From NCBI GenBank assembly GCA_003167155.1, contig PMTY01000183.1, positions 16,228 through 80,227 of the forward strand: a stretch of 64,000 nucleotides of DNA, in the 5' to 3' direction. Origin of the DNA: Vulcanimicrobiota bacterium. Lineage in GTDB: Bacteria > Vulcanimicrobiota > Vulcanimicrobiia > Vulcanimicrobiales > Vulcanimicrobiaceae. Numbering within the stretch: the stretch's first letter is position 1; every line of letters begins with the position of its first letter. A program made the translations under genes and the position numbers. This document shows positions 1-9,312 of this stretch, piece after piece. The notes beneath the pieces are model-generated. The model had not been told where the DNA came from. It made no database searches and saw only the letters and a list, made by a program, of their open reading frames with translations.

Positions 1-1334
1 CCCCGCACCAGCGCGACAAGACCGAGCGCCAGCCAGAACACCTTGGCCGTCGTGAGATCGACGAAGAAGCCCGCCACACACAGGCCAAGCAACGCGCCCA
101 TAAGGCTCGCGCGCATGCCGAACAGCGGATGATCGCGCCGCAGCGCCGGCACGCTGCGGACGGTAAGGATCACCGCGGATACCAGCAGTGCGACGCCGAC
201 GATTCCATATTCGACGCCGTTCTGCAGCAGCATATTGTGCGCGGCGCGCGACCAGCCCATGTCGTAGGGTTGGAAGACTTTCAAATAAACCTGGTCGTAC
301 GCCGCAGCAAACGATCCACTCCCGGCTCCGACCAGCCAGTGTAAGCGAAATGCGGCGAGCCCGGCACTCCAAATTCCCAGACGCCCCGAACCGCCGGTCG
401 CCGACGCTGAAAGAAATCGATGCAGCAAGTTCCCATTAGCTAGTGCCAGCGCCGCCACCGTAGCCACCAGCGCACCGATCTGCCAACGCTCGCGGAGGAC
501 CACCATAAAGTAGCCGAACATGAGCGCGACGGCAACGAAGGCTTCGCGCGACGCTGCTAAACTCATCGCGTAGAGCAGCACGCCGATCGCCCCAATCCCG
601 CAGAGTTTGAGCGCGACGTTGCCCGCACGTACCGTACCGACGGTAACCAGGGCAAGCGGCAGCAGTAAGCTATCTGCAAACTGGTTGATATCCAGGCGCT
701 GGTTACCCACTAGCAGAGGAACGCGGTCGGAGACCTCGTTAAGCAGTTGCTGTGCCGCGGTGGGGTGGGCAAGTTCGTGGATGCCGAATACGGCGGCGGC
801 GAGCCCGCCGCAAACGACGGCGGCAAAGACCAGCCTGACGTCGCGCAGCCTCGACGGAACGAGCGAAACGACCGCGTACAGGGATACGAGCTGTACGAGC
901 GTCCCGCTTTCGTGCAGTGCGTTGGCGGTATTCATCGTCCACAGCAGCGAAACACACGACCAAACGGCGAATGCCGTCCAGACCGCGAGCGCCGGACCCG
1001 GAACGACGATGTTGCGAGTGCGAACCAGCCACAGGAGCAACGCCACGCCCGAAATGGCGCCACAGAGCCGCGCGACGGTCCCAAGTTCCGGAAGCGACAG
1101 CAACAAATCGAAGGGAACCAGCATGGCGTACGCACCATACGGGAAGACCAAAGGGTGCGTCCAGGCAAGCGCAAGCAGAGCCGGCAGCAGCGCGATACCG
1201 AGGGCGATGAAAAGCCCCATCGGAAAGGTCGACGCCGCGTACATAGCGACGGCAAGCACGACGCCCGTGAGGACGAGTGGTAGCCACGGGCCGCGCAAAA
1301 GCGCAAAGGGTTCGGAGTAGCGTGGCGCGATCAC
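1..1334 (-). CDS. O-antigen ligase/polymerase-family (Wzy_C-type) polytopic membrane protein; 3' end runs off the left edge
   Basis: Not in the ORF track because it is open at the window edge. Checked codon by codon: no minus-frame stop from 1334 down to base 3. Translation is multi-TM (GLFIALGIALLPALLALAW, GAIGVLLYAMSLAAS) and carries the family loop motif GIWSAGLAAFRLHWLVGAGSGSF...WSRAAHNMLLQNGVEYGIVG. GTG 1334-1332 is the first start after the in-frame stop at 1473-1475 and overlaps the upstream TGA (GTGA). Confidence 0.7.
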   Translation of the reverse strand, partial: MIAPRYSEPFALLRGPWLPLVLTGVVLAVAMYAASTFPMGLFIALGIALLPALLALAWTHPLVFPYGAYAMLVPFDLLLSLPELGTVARLCGAISGVALLLWLVRTRNIVVPGPALAVWTAFAVWSCVSLLWTMNTANALHESGTLVQLVSLYAVVSLVPSRLRDVRLVFAAVVCGGLAAAVFGIHELAHPTAAQQLLNEVSDRVPLLVGNQRLDINQFADSLLLPLALVTVGTVRAGNVALKLCGIGAIGVLLYAMSLAASREAFVAVALMFGYFMVVLRERWQIGALVATVAALALANGNLLHRFLSASATGGSGRLGIWSAGLAAFRLHWLVGAGSGSFAAAYDQVYLKVFQPYDMGWSRAAHNMLLQNGVEYGIVGVALLVSAVILTVRSVPALRRDHPLFGMRASLMGALLGLCVAGFFVDLTTAKVFWLALGLVALVR

Positions 1335-2833
1335 GTCGCCGGGCTCACGATGCGCGTTGCGAGCCTTCCCAAACGCCGGCGAATGACCGTCGGGCTTGCG
1401 AAGACGATCGTCTTCGAGTCGATCGCCATAACGCCGTCGGAGTACGATATCGTGTGCGCTCCATGCGAGTCCTTAGCGGCTGCGCCACAGCGAAACCTCG
1501 ATACGAGCTCTTCGGAGAACTCATACTCGTTCAACGCAGTAACGCGGCTAAACGCGATGGCGTCGCCGTAAGCCTTCGCGCAGTCTTGCGCGGGCCGGTA
1601 GAGATGGCCCTCCGCAATAAACGGCGTTCCGGCGGGGCGGGCCGAACGAATATCCGTCTTGACTGGATTTGCGACGTGCGGCTTCCACGGCCCCAGAAGA
1701 TCTCGGGCGTGATAAAGAAAGAGATTGAGATTCGAGTCGCGCGATTTATGCGTGCAGAATAGCCACCAAAGGCCGTTATGTCGAACAATCGTGTTGTCGC
1801 ACGTGGCGATGCCATCGATCAGGGTGGCGACGCGTTCCCACACGTAAGGAGGGTCAAGTGCGCGGTAGAGCGCCACGCACCGATCCTGCGCACTCTCGGG
1901 GACCATATACCACGCACCCAAGTATTCGAAGACATATGGGTAGGAAAGATGCGTGGACGAACGCATGACGTCACGCTCCTCGAGCACTTTCCCGCCGTCT
2001 TCTATCTCGAGGCAGGTGATGAAGCCGGTTTGGGTCGCACGATCAACGCGCTCTCCCATGACACAGCGCCTTTCCCGCGGCCTGAACACGAACGGATCGG
2101 CCAAGAAATCCGAGGAACGATCGCGTAACCACTCGATCTGCGGACGATAACCTTCCGAGAGAAAGCTTCCCGGCGAACCGCGAATCAGTCCCACCCTCCA
2201 GCGAACGTCGACGAAGAGATGGACGTAGAAGTGGGTTATCAACGCGCGCGCCAGCCGCGACACGAGGGCGAGCAGCGAAAGCCGCGACGCGCCGCTCCAG
2301 CCCGGCGTCCGAGGCGTTTCCGGCAGCCTTCCCAGCGCCAAACCCACATTCAGGGCGAGTGCGGGCCAGCGGCTACATTCCTCGAGCGCAACATCCATCG
2401 ACCGCGCGTAGCTGTAGAGTGCCTTGAACGTGCCGCAGCGCAGCGCAGTAAACGACGCGCCGTTCCAGGCGCGTAACTCGATCGTAAACGTCGGCGAACC
2501 GCTAGCGATCTCCCGAGCGCCCGGCAACTCTCCCAACGCACCGCCATCACCGTCGCAGAAAAACCAATATGGCTTGCGCCCGAACGGCAGCGGATCCGGG
2601 ACCGCGTTGGCGCGAAGATCGACGACAAGGTCGCACCCTCCGGTCGAAAGCCGGTTGGCGGAAACTGGCAAGGAACGAAGCGCCTTTCCACCCAGGATCC
2701 GTTTTGCGATCGTTCGGCGCTCGCGGCGGCCGACGTCGCAAACCTCGACGGCGTTCCGATCTTTAAGCCGCTCGATGCACTGGAGCTTCCAGCGCGGGAT
2801 TTGGGGCGTGTCGACCAGGATTTTACACTTCAC
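1331..2833 (-). CDS. Polysaccharide-locus protein resembling the GINT1-like (glucosamine inositolphosphorylceramide transferase-like) family: formyltransferase-like N-domain plus propeller-like C-domain
   Basis: ORF track 1331..2953. Start trimmed to GTG 2833-2831, which overlaps the TGA of the upstream dehydrogenase (GTGA). Motifs FLADPFVF, HLSYPYVFEYLGAWYMVPES and WWLFCTH are recalled from that family. The family assignment is from memory only. Confidence 0.55.
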   Translation of the reverse strand: MKCKILVDTPQIPRWKLQCIERLKDRNAVEVCDVGRRERRTIAKRILGGKALRSLPVSANRLSTGGCDLVVDLRANAVPDPLPFGRKPYWFFCDGDGGALGELPGAREIASGSPTFTIELRAWNGASFTALRCGTFKALYSYARSMDVALEECSRWPALALNVGLALGRLPETPRTPGWSGASRLSLLALVSRLARALITHFYVHLFVDVRWRVGLIRGSPGSFLSEGYRPQIEWLRDRSSDFLADPFVFRPRERRCVMGERVDRATQTGFITCLEIEDGGKVLEERDVMRSSTHLSYPYVFEYLGAWYMVPESAQDRCVALYRALDPPYVWERVATLIDGIATCDNTIVRHNGLWWLFCTHKSRDSNLNLFLYHARDLLGPWKPHVANPVKTDIRSARPAGTPFIAEGHLYRPAQDCAKAYGDAIAFSRVTALNEYEFSEELVSRFRCGAAAKDSHGAHTISYSDGVMAIDSKTIVFASPTVIRRRLGRLATRIVSPAT

Positions 2834-4125
2834 GCCGTGGTGCTTTGTTGCCGCGACAATGCCTGGGGGAACGTAAAGTGCGACCCGCGGCCGAGGCCGT
2901 AGACCCTGAAGCCACAAGCCGACCAGGTCTGCTCTGAAAAGAAGTTGTGGCAATCAATCAATACGCGCGAACGAACGATCGGCGCCAGCGCCACCGGATC
3001 GATGTCACGGAAAGCGTCGTGATCCACAGCGAGAAGGATTGCATCGCTGTTCTCAGCAGCTTCTTCCACGCTACGAGCGGCCTCGGGAAGGCGCGCGAGC
3101 GGATCGTACACCGCCGTACGAAACCCGCGCTCGTCCAACAGATCGCGGATGCGTCGTGCCGGGCTTTCCCGCACATCTCCGACGTTGGCTTTATAGCTGG
3201 CGCCCAGAATCGCGACCTTTCGCTTACCATCGCCTTCGCCGACGAGGCCGACGACACGGCGGACGATGAGGTTCGGCATGCGCTCGTTGATCCGGCGAGA
3301 CGCCTGGATGAGTTCGGTGGCAAACGGATTCTGGTCGGCAAGGAAGAGTGGATCGACGGGTATGCAATGCCCGCCCACTCCCGGGCCGGGCTCTAGGATG
3401 TTGACGCGCGGATGGTTATTGGCAAGCGCGATCGCCTGCCATACGTCGACGTCGATCTCTTCGCAGAAGAGAGCGAGCTCGTTCGCGAAAGCAATGTTGA
3501 CGTCGCGATACGTGTTTTCAATCACCTTGACGAACTCGGCCGTGCGCAGATCGGTGAGGTGGATTTCTCCGCTCACGAAGGAAGCGTAGAGGTCTCTCGT
3601 CTTCTCCGCATCCTCACGAGTTCGGCCGCCGACGATACGATCGTTCTCGCGAAGCTCGCGCACGACGTCGCCGGGAAGGATGCGTTCGGGAGCGTGCGAG
3701 ATGTGCACGTTGAGAAAACTCTTGCCCGCCCCGCGAAGCGCTTGACGAACGACTCGTTCGGTCGTGCCGGGAGGGACAGTCGACTCTAAGACGATCAGCT
3801 CGCCGGACGACACCACGGCGGCGACGTCGGCAAGGGCCGCTTCGACGTGACGCATATCTGGGCGCCCACCGGCCGTAGGCGGCGGAACGCAGACGATGTA
3901 CGCATCCGCGGGCTGGACCCGATCGCAGACAAAAAAACGTTCGTCCCGCAAGGCCGATGCTAGCAGTTCCGCCACGTCGGTTTCGGACCCGGTCGCGCGC
4001 TCGGCGCGCAGCGATTCGCGAAGAGCGGCGTCGTTATCGTACGCCAACACGGTATGCCCCGCACTGGCCGTCAGCGCAGCGGTCGGAAGTCCGACGTACC
4101 CGAGCCCGATCACGCATACTCTCAC
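2830..4125 (-). CDS. Nucleotide-sugar dehydrogenase (WecC/Cap5O-like UDP-N-acetyl-hexosamine dehydrogenase family)
   Basis: ORF track 2830..4344. Trimmed to GTG 4125-4123 (GTGA overlap with upstream stop), which places the Rossmann motif VCVIGLGYVGLPTA at the N-terminus. The catalytic Cys motif GGHCIPVDP is typical of the WecC/Cap5O branch rather than Ugd. Confidence 0.85.
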   Translation of the reverse strand: MRVCVIGLGYVGLPTAALTASAGHTVLAYDNDAALRESLRAERATGSETDVAELLASALRDERFFVCDRVQPADAYIVCVPPPTAGGRPDMRHVEAALADVAAVVSSGELIVLESTVPPGTTERVVRQALRGAGKSFLNVHISHAPERILPGDVVRELRENDRIVGGRTREDAEKTRDLYASFVSGEIHLTDLRTAEFVKVIENTYRDVNIAFANELALFCEEIDVDVWQAIALANNHPRVNILEPGPGVGGHCIPVDPLFLADQNPFATELIQASRRINERMPNLIVRRVVGLVGEGDGKRKVAILGASYKANVGDVRESPARRIRDLLDERGFRTAVYDPLARLPEAARSVEEAAENSDAILLAVDHDAFRDIDPVALAPIVRSRVLIDCHNFFSEQTWSACGFRVYGLGRGSHFTFPQALSRQQSTTA

Positions 4126-5258
4126 GATTGTATGATCAGCCCCGCTAAGACCGGGCCGGTTTGCTCGATATTGAAATACCGCACGATACGCATCCGGGCG
4201 TTTCGCCCAAGCTCTGTGCGCAAGTCGGAGTCCGCTAGACGCTCTATCGCGTCGGCAAAGCTCTTGACGTCTCCGACCGGCACTACAAAACCCGCAGTAC
4301 CGTCGAGGAGCTCGGGAATGCTGCCGGAGTCGGTCGCGATGCACGGCAGGCCTGCGGCCATCGCCTCGATCAATGCGACAGGTATCCCCTCCATGCGCCC
4401 GCGCCCGGCGCTTCGACTGGCAAGCACCGCGACGTCGTATTCGCCGCGCCGTAAACTCTCCAGTAACTGTGCGTGGTCGACTCGACCCCGCAGGAAGACG
4501 CGGCGCGACAGACCGAGCTCACAAATCCGACGCTCCAACTGCTGAAGGAGGGGACCGTCGCCGGCGATATCGCAGCGATACTCGACGTTTCGTTGCGCTG
4601 CGATTCCAAGAGCATCCAGCAGGTCGAAGTGTCCCTTCTGTTCGATCAAATTCGCCGCGCAAAGCAGGCGAAGGGTGCCGGAAAAGCGCCGAGGTTCGAG
4701 CGCCGGGATCCTCACGCCAAGGCGGACTCGCGTAACCTTGGAGCGATGCTTCACGCCGATCAGCGCGGCAAGATCGTGACTTCCACGATCCGAGATCGTC
4801 CGAAGGAAGGCCGCCCTCGCGGCTTTGCACTCGAGCAGATTTCCTTCGTAGATGTCCCAGCGGTGTGCGCTCGAGCTCCACGGAACGCCCGTCACCTGTG
4901 ACGCGACGAGCGCGACGGTCGCGGGCGCGGACATCCAGTACGCGTGAATGTGGTCGACCTTTTCCAGTTCCACCATACGCGCCACGGCCAGGGCTCTCGG
5001 GAGAACCGCCAAGTTCTTAAAGAACACGCTAGGCCGGTTCGCTCCGCCAAACAGTAGTCTCAGAACGCCGGCGATTCGTGTGGGATGCGAACGAATCGTT
5101 CGAAGCGCATCGAGAACCGTCTGCCAGGAGAATAGCGACTCCCGCGCGGGCACTACGATCACTCGTTCGAAGTGCGGGCGCAGCCCGTTCAGTTCGGCCC
5201 CAAGAAACGCCTCGGCGCCGAAGCGAGGAAAGCGTGACGAAATGATCGCGACGGTCAC
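4122..5258 (-). CDS. Glycosyltransferase family 4 (GT-B fold)
   Basis: ORF track 4122..5330, trimmed to GTG 5258-5256 (GTGA overlap). Carries the E-x7-E region EGIPVALIEAMAAGLPCIATDSGSIPELL. Confidence 0.85.
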   Translation of the reverse strand: MTVAIISSRFPRFGAEAFLGAELNGLRPHFERVIVVPARESLFSWQTVLDALRTIRSHPTRIAGVLRLLFGGANRPSVFFKNLAVLPRALAVARMVELEKVDHIHAYWMSAPATVALVASQVTGVPWSSSAHRWDIYEGNLLECKAARAAFLRTISDRGSHDLAALIGVKHRSKVTRVRLGVRIPALEPRRFSGTLRLLCAANLIEQKGHFDLLDALGIAAQRNVEYRCDIAGDGPLLQQLERRICELGLSRRVFLRGRVDHAQLLESLRRGEYDVAVLASRSAGRGRMEGIPVALIEAMAAGLPCIATDSGSIPELLDGTAGFVVPVGDVKSFADAIERLADSDLRTELGRNARMRIVRYFNIEQTGPVLAGLIIQS

Positions 5259-6682
5259 GCGGCAATCCGATGCAGCAAGAATTCGCACCCCGTCTTGAAG
5301 AGGATCGACAGATCCATCATCGGCGACCAATGTTCGATATAGAAGAGATCGTATTCGAGGCGCTGACCGATCGCGGTTTGGTCGACGTCGCGGTCCATGT
5401 AAACATGCGACAGCCCCGTGATTCCGGGGCGAACGAGGTGGCGCTCGTCGTAGCGCTCGATTGCATCTTTGAAACGCTCGACGAAGACCGGACGTTCGGG
5501 CCTCGGGCCGACGACCGACATCTGGCCCCGCAGTACGTTAAAAATCTGCGGCAGCTCGTCAAAGCTCGTGCGTCGCAAGAACTTCCCCACGTTCGTAACT
5601 CGACTGTCTTTCGATTTTGCCCAGACCGCTCCGGTCGTGCGTTCCGCATCTTGCCGCATCGAGCGAAACTTCAGCATTTGGAAAACCGAGCCGTCTTGCC
5701 CCACGCGTTCCTGCGCAAAGAGAACTGGAGCGCCCGATTCCAGATAGATCGCGACCGCCGCCACGAGCATTACCGGCAAAAAGATCGCAAGACCAAGGAG
5801 TGCGAGACTTACGTCGATGATGCCCTTGTATACCTCGGCGCTCGGATGGCACCCACGGGGCAAAACTGGAACGAGCACCGGCTCCCCGCCCAAGTACTCG
5901 ATCTCAAACTCTCCGCTACCCGATAGTATTTCGCGTGACGCAAATCCGATCCGCACGCTTTGACGGGCTGCCGCAGCGATCAATAGCTTCAAAGCTTTCC
6001 GATGAGGTACTCGCATGAAAACTAAGCGGTCCGCTCGCCATTGCCGTGCGGACCACAGCCAGCGGTCGTAGCGCTCCTTTGTGACATCGCCGGGCCCACA
6101 TGCATCGTCGGGCCACCCCGGAACTGGAATCAGGAGTGTTTCTACGCTCTGGGGGAATCCCAACCGGTTCTCAGCCGCCTGGATTTCATGCGGATCGCCC
6201 AAGAAAGCGACTCGCGGTCGTAGCCGCCCCTTGCGGTCGTACCACCGGCGAAGCGCCGCGCGAAAGCTGCCGATCACCAAGACATTGATCGGAATCGTCG
6301 CGAGCAACAGAAGACGCGACGTAGATATTTGAGGAAGCAGTGTGTACAAGATCAACTGAGGGGCGATCGCAAGCGTCGACACGGCGGCGACCCAATAGTA
6401 CTCGTCGTGCCACGACGCCGCAAAAGACCTGCGATAGAATCCGGCGAACGCAAACACCGCAATCCACATCGAACCCGAGGCGATCGTGGACTCCAGCGCC
6501 GCAACCGGCTCGATGGCACGATGACCTACGTGCTCGAGAATCAAGACGGCGATAAAGGAAGACAATACAAGCATCACGGCATCGCCGGCCAGTAAGTGAG
6601 TCGCCAGCCGCGCAGGGTAGCGAACTAGTCTCTGCGGCGGCGCTGCCTTTTCGACGAGCGCACTACCAACGACACCTTGCAT
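5255..6682 (-). CDS. Polyprenyl-phosphate glycosyl-1-phosphate transferase (WbaP/EpsL-type bacterial sugar transferase), priming enzyme
   Basis: N-terminal TM helices plus the C-terminal sugar-transferase domain with SFDELPQIFNVLRGQMSVVGPRPERP. First gene of the operon. Confidence 0.9.
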   Translation of the reverse strand: MQGVVGSALVEKAAPPQRLVRYPARLATHLLAGDAVMLVLSSFIAVLILEHVGHRAIEPVAALESTIASGSMWIAVFAFAGFYRRSFAASWHDEYYWVAAVSTLAIAPQLILYTLLPQISTSRLLLLATIPINVLVIGSFRAALRRWYDRKGRLRPRVAFLGDPHEIQAAENRLGFPQSVETLLIPVPGWPDDACGPGDVTKERYDRWLWSARQWRADRLVFMRVPHRKALKLLIAAAARQSVRIGFASREILSGSGEFEIEYLGGEPVLVPVLPRGCHPSAEVYKGIIDVSLALLGLAIFLPVMLVAAVAIYLESGAPVLFAQERVGQDGSVFQMLKFRSMRQDAERTTGAVWAKSKDSRVTNVGKFLRRTSFDELPQIFNVLRGQMSVVGPRPERPVFVERFKDAIERYDERHLVRPGITGLSHVYMDRDVDQTAIGQRLEYDLFYIEHWSPMMDLSILFKTGCEFLLHRIAA

Positions 6683-6789
6683 TCCCCCAATTGTAAGGCA
6701 TCAAAGACCGATGCTTAAAGTGCCGGGAGCACCGCTTTCAAGCGAGATTATGCCTGGCTATCATGGAACATTGGACCCATCGGGCCGGG

Positions 6790-7470
6790 CTATGCAAGCC
6801 CGTTGCGTATGGCGTAAACGACGACTTGCGTGCGTGCGGTTACACTAAGCTTAGCAAAGATGTGAGATATATGGTTCTTGACTGTTTTATCCGAAAGGCC
6901 CAACCGGCGGCTAATTTCTCGATTCGATAACCCAGCAGCGATCAAACGAACGATATCACCTTCGCGGCGTGAAAGCTCGTTTGGCTCGCGACGCCCGATT
7001 CCGGCGTGCTTGCGCAGAATTAGGCCGACCAATCGCGGGTCGACGTAGAGACTCCCCGCAGTCATGGTCTTGACGGCCGCAACCAGTTCCTCAGGCAGGA
7101 TATCCTTGACGATATATCCGTCGGCGCCGGCGGAAAAGGCTCTCTGCATTACTTCGGAGCTCAAATGTTCGGAAAGCACGCCGATCCTTGCGCGAGGACA
7201 GGTCAAGCGGCAGGTTCCAATGGTATTGGACAGCGCGTCGAAACTAGTCTCCGAATCCAGCAAGATGAGATTCGGAGTGGTCCTAGCCAGCTCGTCCGCA
7301 GAAACCGCAGCAGCGTCGCCGACGACCGTGATGTTCGGATCCTGCTGCAAGATATTGCACAGCGCTTTGGCCACGAGCACCTGCTGCTGTATTACGTAGA
7401 TGCGAGTATTCCCAACGTTGCTTGCCCGAACCGGCGGCAGGCTCCCGGTCACGGCGGTAGAGGTGTTCAT
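6790..7470 (-). CDS. Response regulator, NarL/FixJ (LuxR-type HTH) family; no adjacent histidine kinase
   Basis: REC domain (RIYVIQQQVLVAKAL...LILLDSET) plus C-terminal HTH LSRREGDIVRLIAAGLSNREISRRLGLSDKTVKNHISHIFAKL. ATG 7470 is preferred over TTG 7476 because GAGGGAG lies 7 nt upstream. Confidence 0.85.
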   Translation of the reverse strand: MNTSTAVTGSLPPVRASNVGNTRIYVIQQQVLVAKALCNILQQDPNITVVGDAAAVSADELARTTPNLILLDSETSFDALSNTIGTCRLTCPRARIGVLSEHLSSEVMQRAFSAGADGYIVKDILPEELVAAVKTMTAGSLYVDPRLVGLILRKHAGIGRREPNELSRREGDIVRLIAAGLSNREISRRLGLSDKTVKNHISHIFAKLSVTARTQVVVYAIRNGLA

Positions 7471-7937
7471 GCCCAATCTCCCTCATGCATAAGTAGTGTG
7501 CCAATGCGAGTCACAGGTATTACCTCGTTTGGTATAACCGCCTCATAACACCGTAACGAAGCCGTTAACCCAAACTGGGGCAAGTCACCCTGCGTCCCAA
7601 GGCTCAACGTGCGGCTGAGCAAGAAACGCCGATTTAGAGGACACTCGTTCTGCCGATTAGCAAGCTCGCCCTTTTCTGCGCTCAATCATTTTGCAAAAGG
7701 AAAGGCGGAGTAGTACAAAGGTACCAGTGCACAGCGCTCCTATCGCCCGCCACCGGCATTCTGCTTAGCCAACGACCTTCAGTAATAAGCACCGCATCGC
7801 ACTTGAGCGAAAAGTCCCATTCCTTGGGCTTTATGGCGGTGCTTTCGGGACTTCCGACTCTACCGCGAAGCAGCGCTTATGCAGTTCGATGAGTAGTAAC
7901 AAGACCGGCAATTTTGACAGTAAGGAGCAATGTGAAA

Positions 7938-9065
7938 ATGAAGATCTCGTTGGTCCAGTGCGCAGCGGTCGCAACGGCTACATTAGGGATGCTCGTCGGA
8001 TGCAACGGCGCTGGGTCGCAGGTCCCGAGCCTCGTTTCCAACGCCATCCAACAAGCTGCACCCGCAGGCCGCACTGCGAAGCTCGACGCCGCGACGATCG
8101 CGTTGACGACGCGAGACCACATCGTACCAACCGTGCACCTGAACACGGCAAAATCCTGGATGGAACCTAACGCCAAAGACGTACAGTATTTACTCTATAC
8201 CTCTGACGAAGCGACCGGTACCGTCAACGTCTATGCGTACAGGTCGAAGGGACATCTGGTCGGACAATTGACCGGATTTCAGTTCCCCTACGGTGAGTGC
8301 CTAGACGCCGGCGGCAACGTGTACGTCGCCGACTTCGCCGCAAACCAAATCGTCGAGTACGCGCACGGTGGCACGACGCCGATCAAGACGCTGAGCGACG
8401 CCTATGGATTTCCGATCGGTTGCTCGGTCGACCCGAAAACTGGCAACCTCGCCGTTTCAAATTTCGAAGGACTCGGAAGCACGTGCATGGGCGGCATCGT
8501 GATCTACACGGACGCCTCCGGCAGCGGCACGCTCTACCAGGACAAGAGCTTTAACTATTACTGGCCGCCTGGCTACGATTCGCAAGGTAATCTTTACGTC
8601 GAGGGACGGAGAAAGGAAGACAAAGGGAAGGCGGGCTTGGCCTCGATTCCATATGGATCTAGCAAACTAGTCACCCTATCGCTGTCCGGAGGAACGATCA
8701 AGTATCCTGGGTCCGTGCAATGGGACGGGCACTACGTCACGGCAACCGATCAGGCATATGCAGGGACACATCTGACCGCTATTTATCGCGTTACGGTCTC
8801 CGGCTCCCGAGCGAGCGTCGTTGATTCATCGCTGCTCTCGGACATATGCCTCAAGGGAAAAGTGCCCTACAATGACGTCGTTCAGCCCTGGATCAACGGC
8901 ACAACGAGAAAGAACGATACGGTCGTCGGGGGCAATCTCGCCTGTGACTATCGGTTCGGCTTCTGGCCGTACACGCAAGGCGGCGACCCTAAAAAGGCAC
9001 TTCCCTACAACGCCGCGCCCCAACTTTCAGCCGGGCAAACGGTGAGTGCCGTCAAGAAATCCTAA
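7938..9065 (+). CDS. Lipoprotein with NHL/beta-propeller-like repeats
   Basis: AAGGAG at 7922-7927 followed by ATG 7938 (GTG 7932 is an alternative). Signal peptide with lipobox LVGC. Repeated GNVYVADFAANQIVEY / GNLAVSNF / GNLYVEG motifs. Confidence 0.6.
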   Translation: MKISLVQCAAVATATLGMLVGCNGAGSQVPSLVSNAIQQAAPAGRTAKLDAATIALTTRDHIVPTVHLNTAKSWMEPNAKDVQYLLYTSDEATGTVNVYAYRSKGHLVGQLTGFQFPYGECLDAGGNVYVADFAANQIVEYAHGGTTPIKTLSDAYGFPIGCSVDPKTGNLAVSNFEGLGSTCMGGIVIYTDASGSGTLYQDKSFNYYWPPGYDSQGNLYVEGRRKEDKGKAGLASIPYGSSKLVTLSLSGGTIKYPGSVQWDGHYVTATDQAYAGTHLTAIYRVTVSGSRASVVDSSLLSDICLKGKVPYNDVVQPWINGTTRKNDTVVGGNLACDYRFGFWPYTQGGDPKKALPYNAAPQLSAGQTVSAVKKS

Positions 9066-9086
9066 ATCCCACCCGATAGCAGTCGG

Positions 9087-9117
9087 GGCGAGCCGGCCGT
9101 CGCCCGGCTCGCCCTTT
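9087..9117 (+). terminator. Rho-independent terminator after the lipoprotein gene
   Basis: 11-bp GC stem gggcgagccgg (9087-9097) / ccggctcgccc (9104-9114), 6-nt loop, then ttt. Confidence 0.6.
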
Positions 9118-9188
9118 CATATGGGACATAGGTCCCGGTGAACGTTCCCCTGCATGGAGGGTCTCAAGTAGCACTTTGCCGAGATTTG

Positions 9189-9217
9189 TTGACGGGTTAT
9201 CGTCGCGGTGGCATAAT
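9189..9217 (+). promoter_or_regulatory. Near-consensus sigma70-type promoter
   Basis: TTGACG (9189-9194), a 17-nt spacer, then CATAAT (9212-9217), about 95 nt upstream of GTG 9313. Confidence 0.5.
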
Positions 9218-9257
9218 GTCTTTGCGCCTCTCTATGGCCGCGCGACTCGGCAATTCT

Positions 9258-9290
9258 GTGGAGAGCTTTATTTCGGTGGAGAGCTTTATT
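9258..9290. repeat. Perfect 15-nt tandem direct repeat (gtggagagctttatt x2, 3-nt spacer) in the 5' leader
   Basis: Copies at 9258-9272 and 9276-9290 are identical. They lie between the predicted promoter and the AAGGAG at 9300-9305. Confidence 0.9.
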
Positions 9291-9312
9291 CAGTAAGCTA
9301 AGGAGTATTAGC

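Noticed and set aside
607-1320. 237-aa plus-strand ORF and the minus-strand ORFs 739..1287 and 932..1306
   Set aside because: Their translations are Ser/Thr/Arg/Ala-rich with no motifs. They are shadow frames of the edge-running Wzy_C-type gene, which I verified is open on the minus strand from 1334 to the window edge.
7477-7913. 437-nt relatively AT-rich intergenic region, inspected for tRNA, riboswitch or sRNA
   Set aside because: No cloverleaf, conserved riboswitch core or convincing terminator-flanked hairpin was recognised by eye. It probably holds the divergent promoters of the response-regulator and lipoprotein genes.
9258-9290. Possible CRISPR or tandem-repeat array
   Set aside because: There are only two 15-nt copies with a 3-nt spacer and no cas genes. 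It is treated as a leader or operator direct repeat instead.
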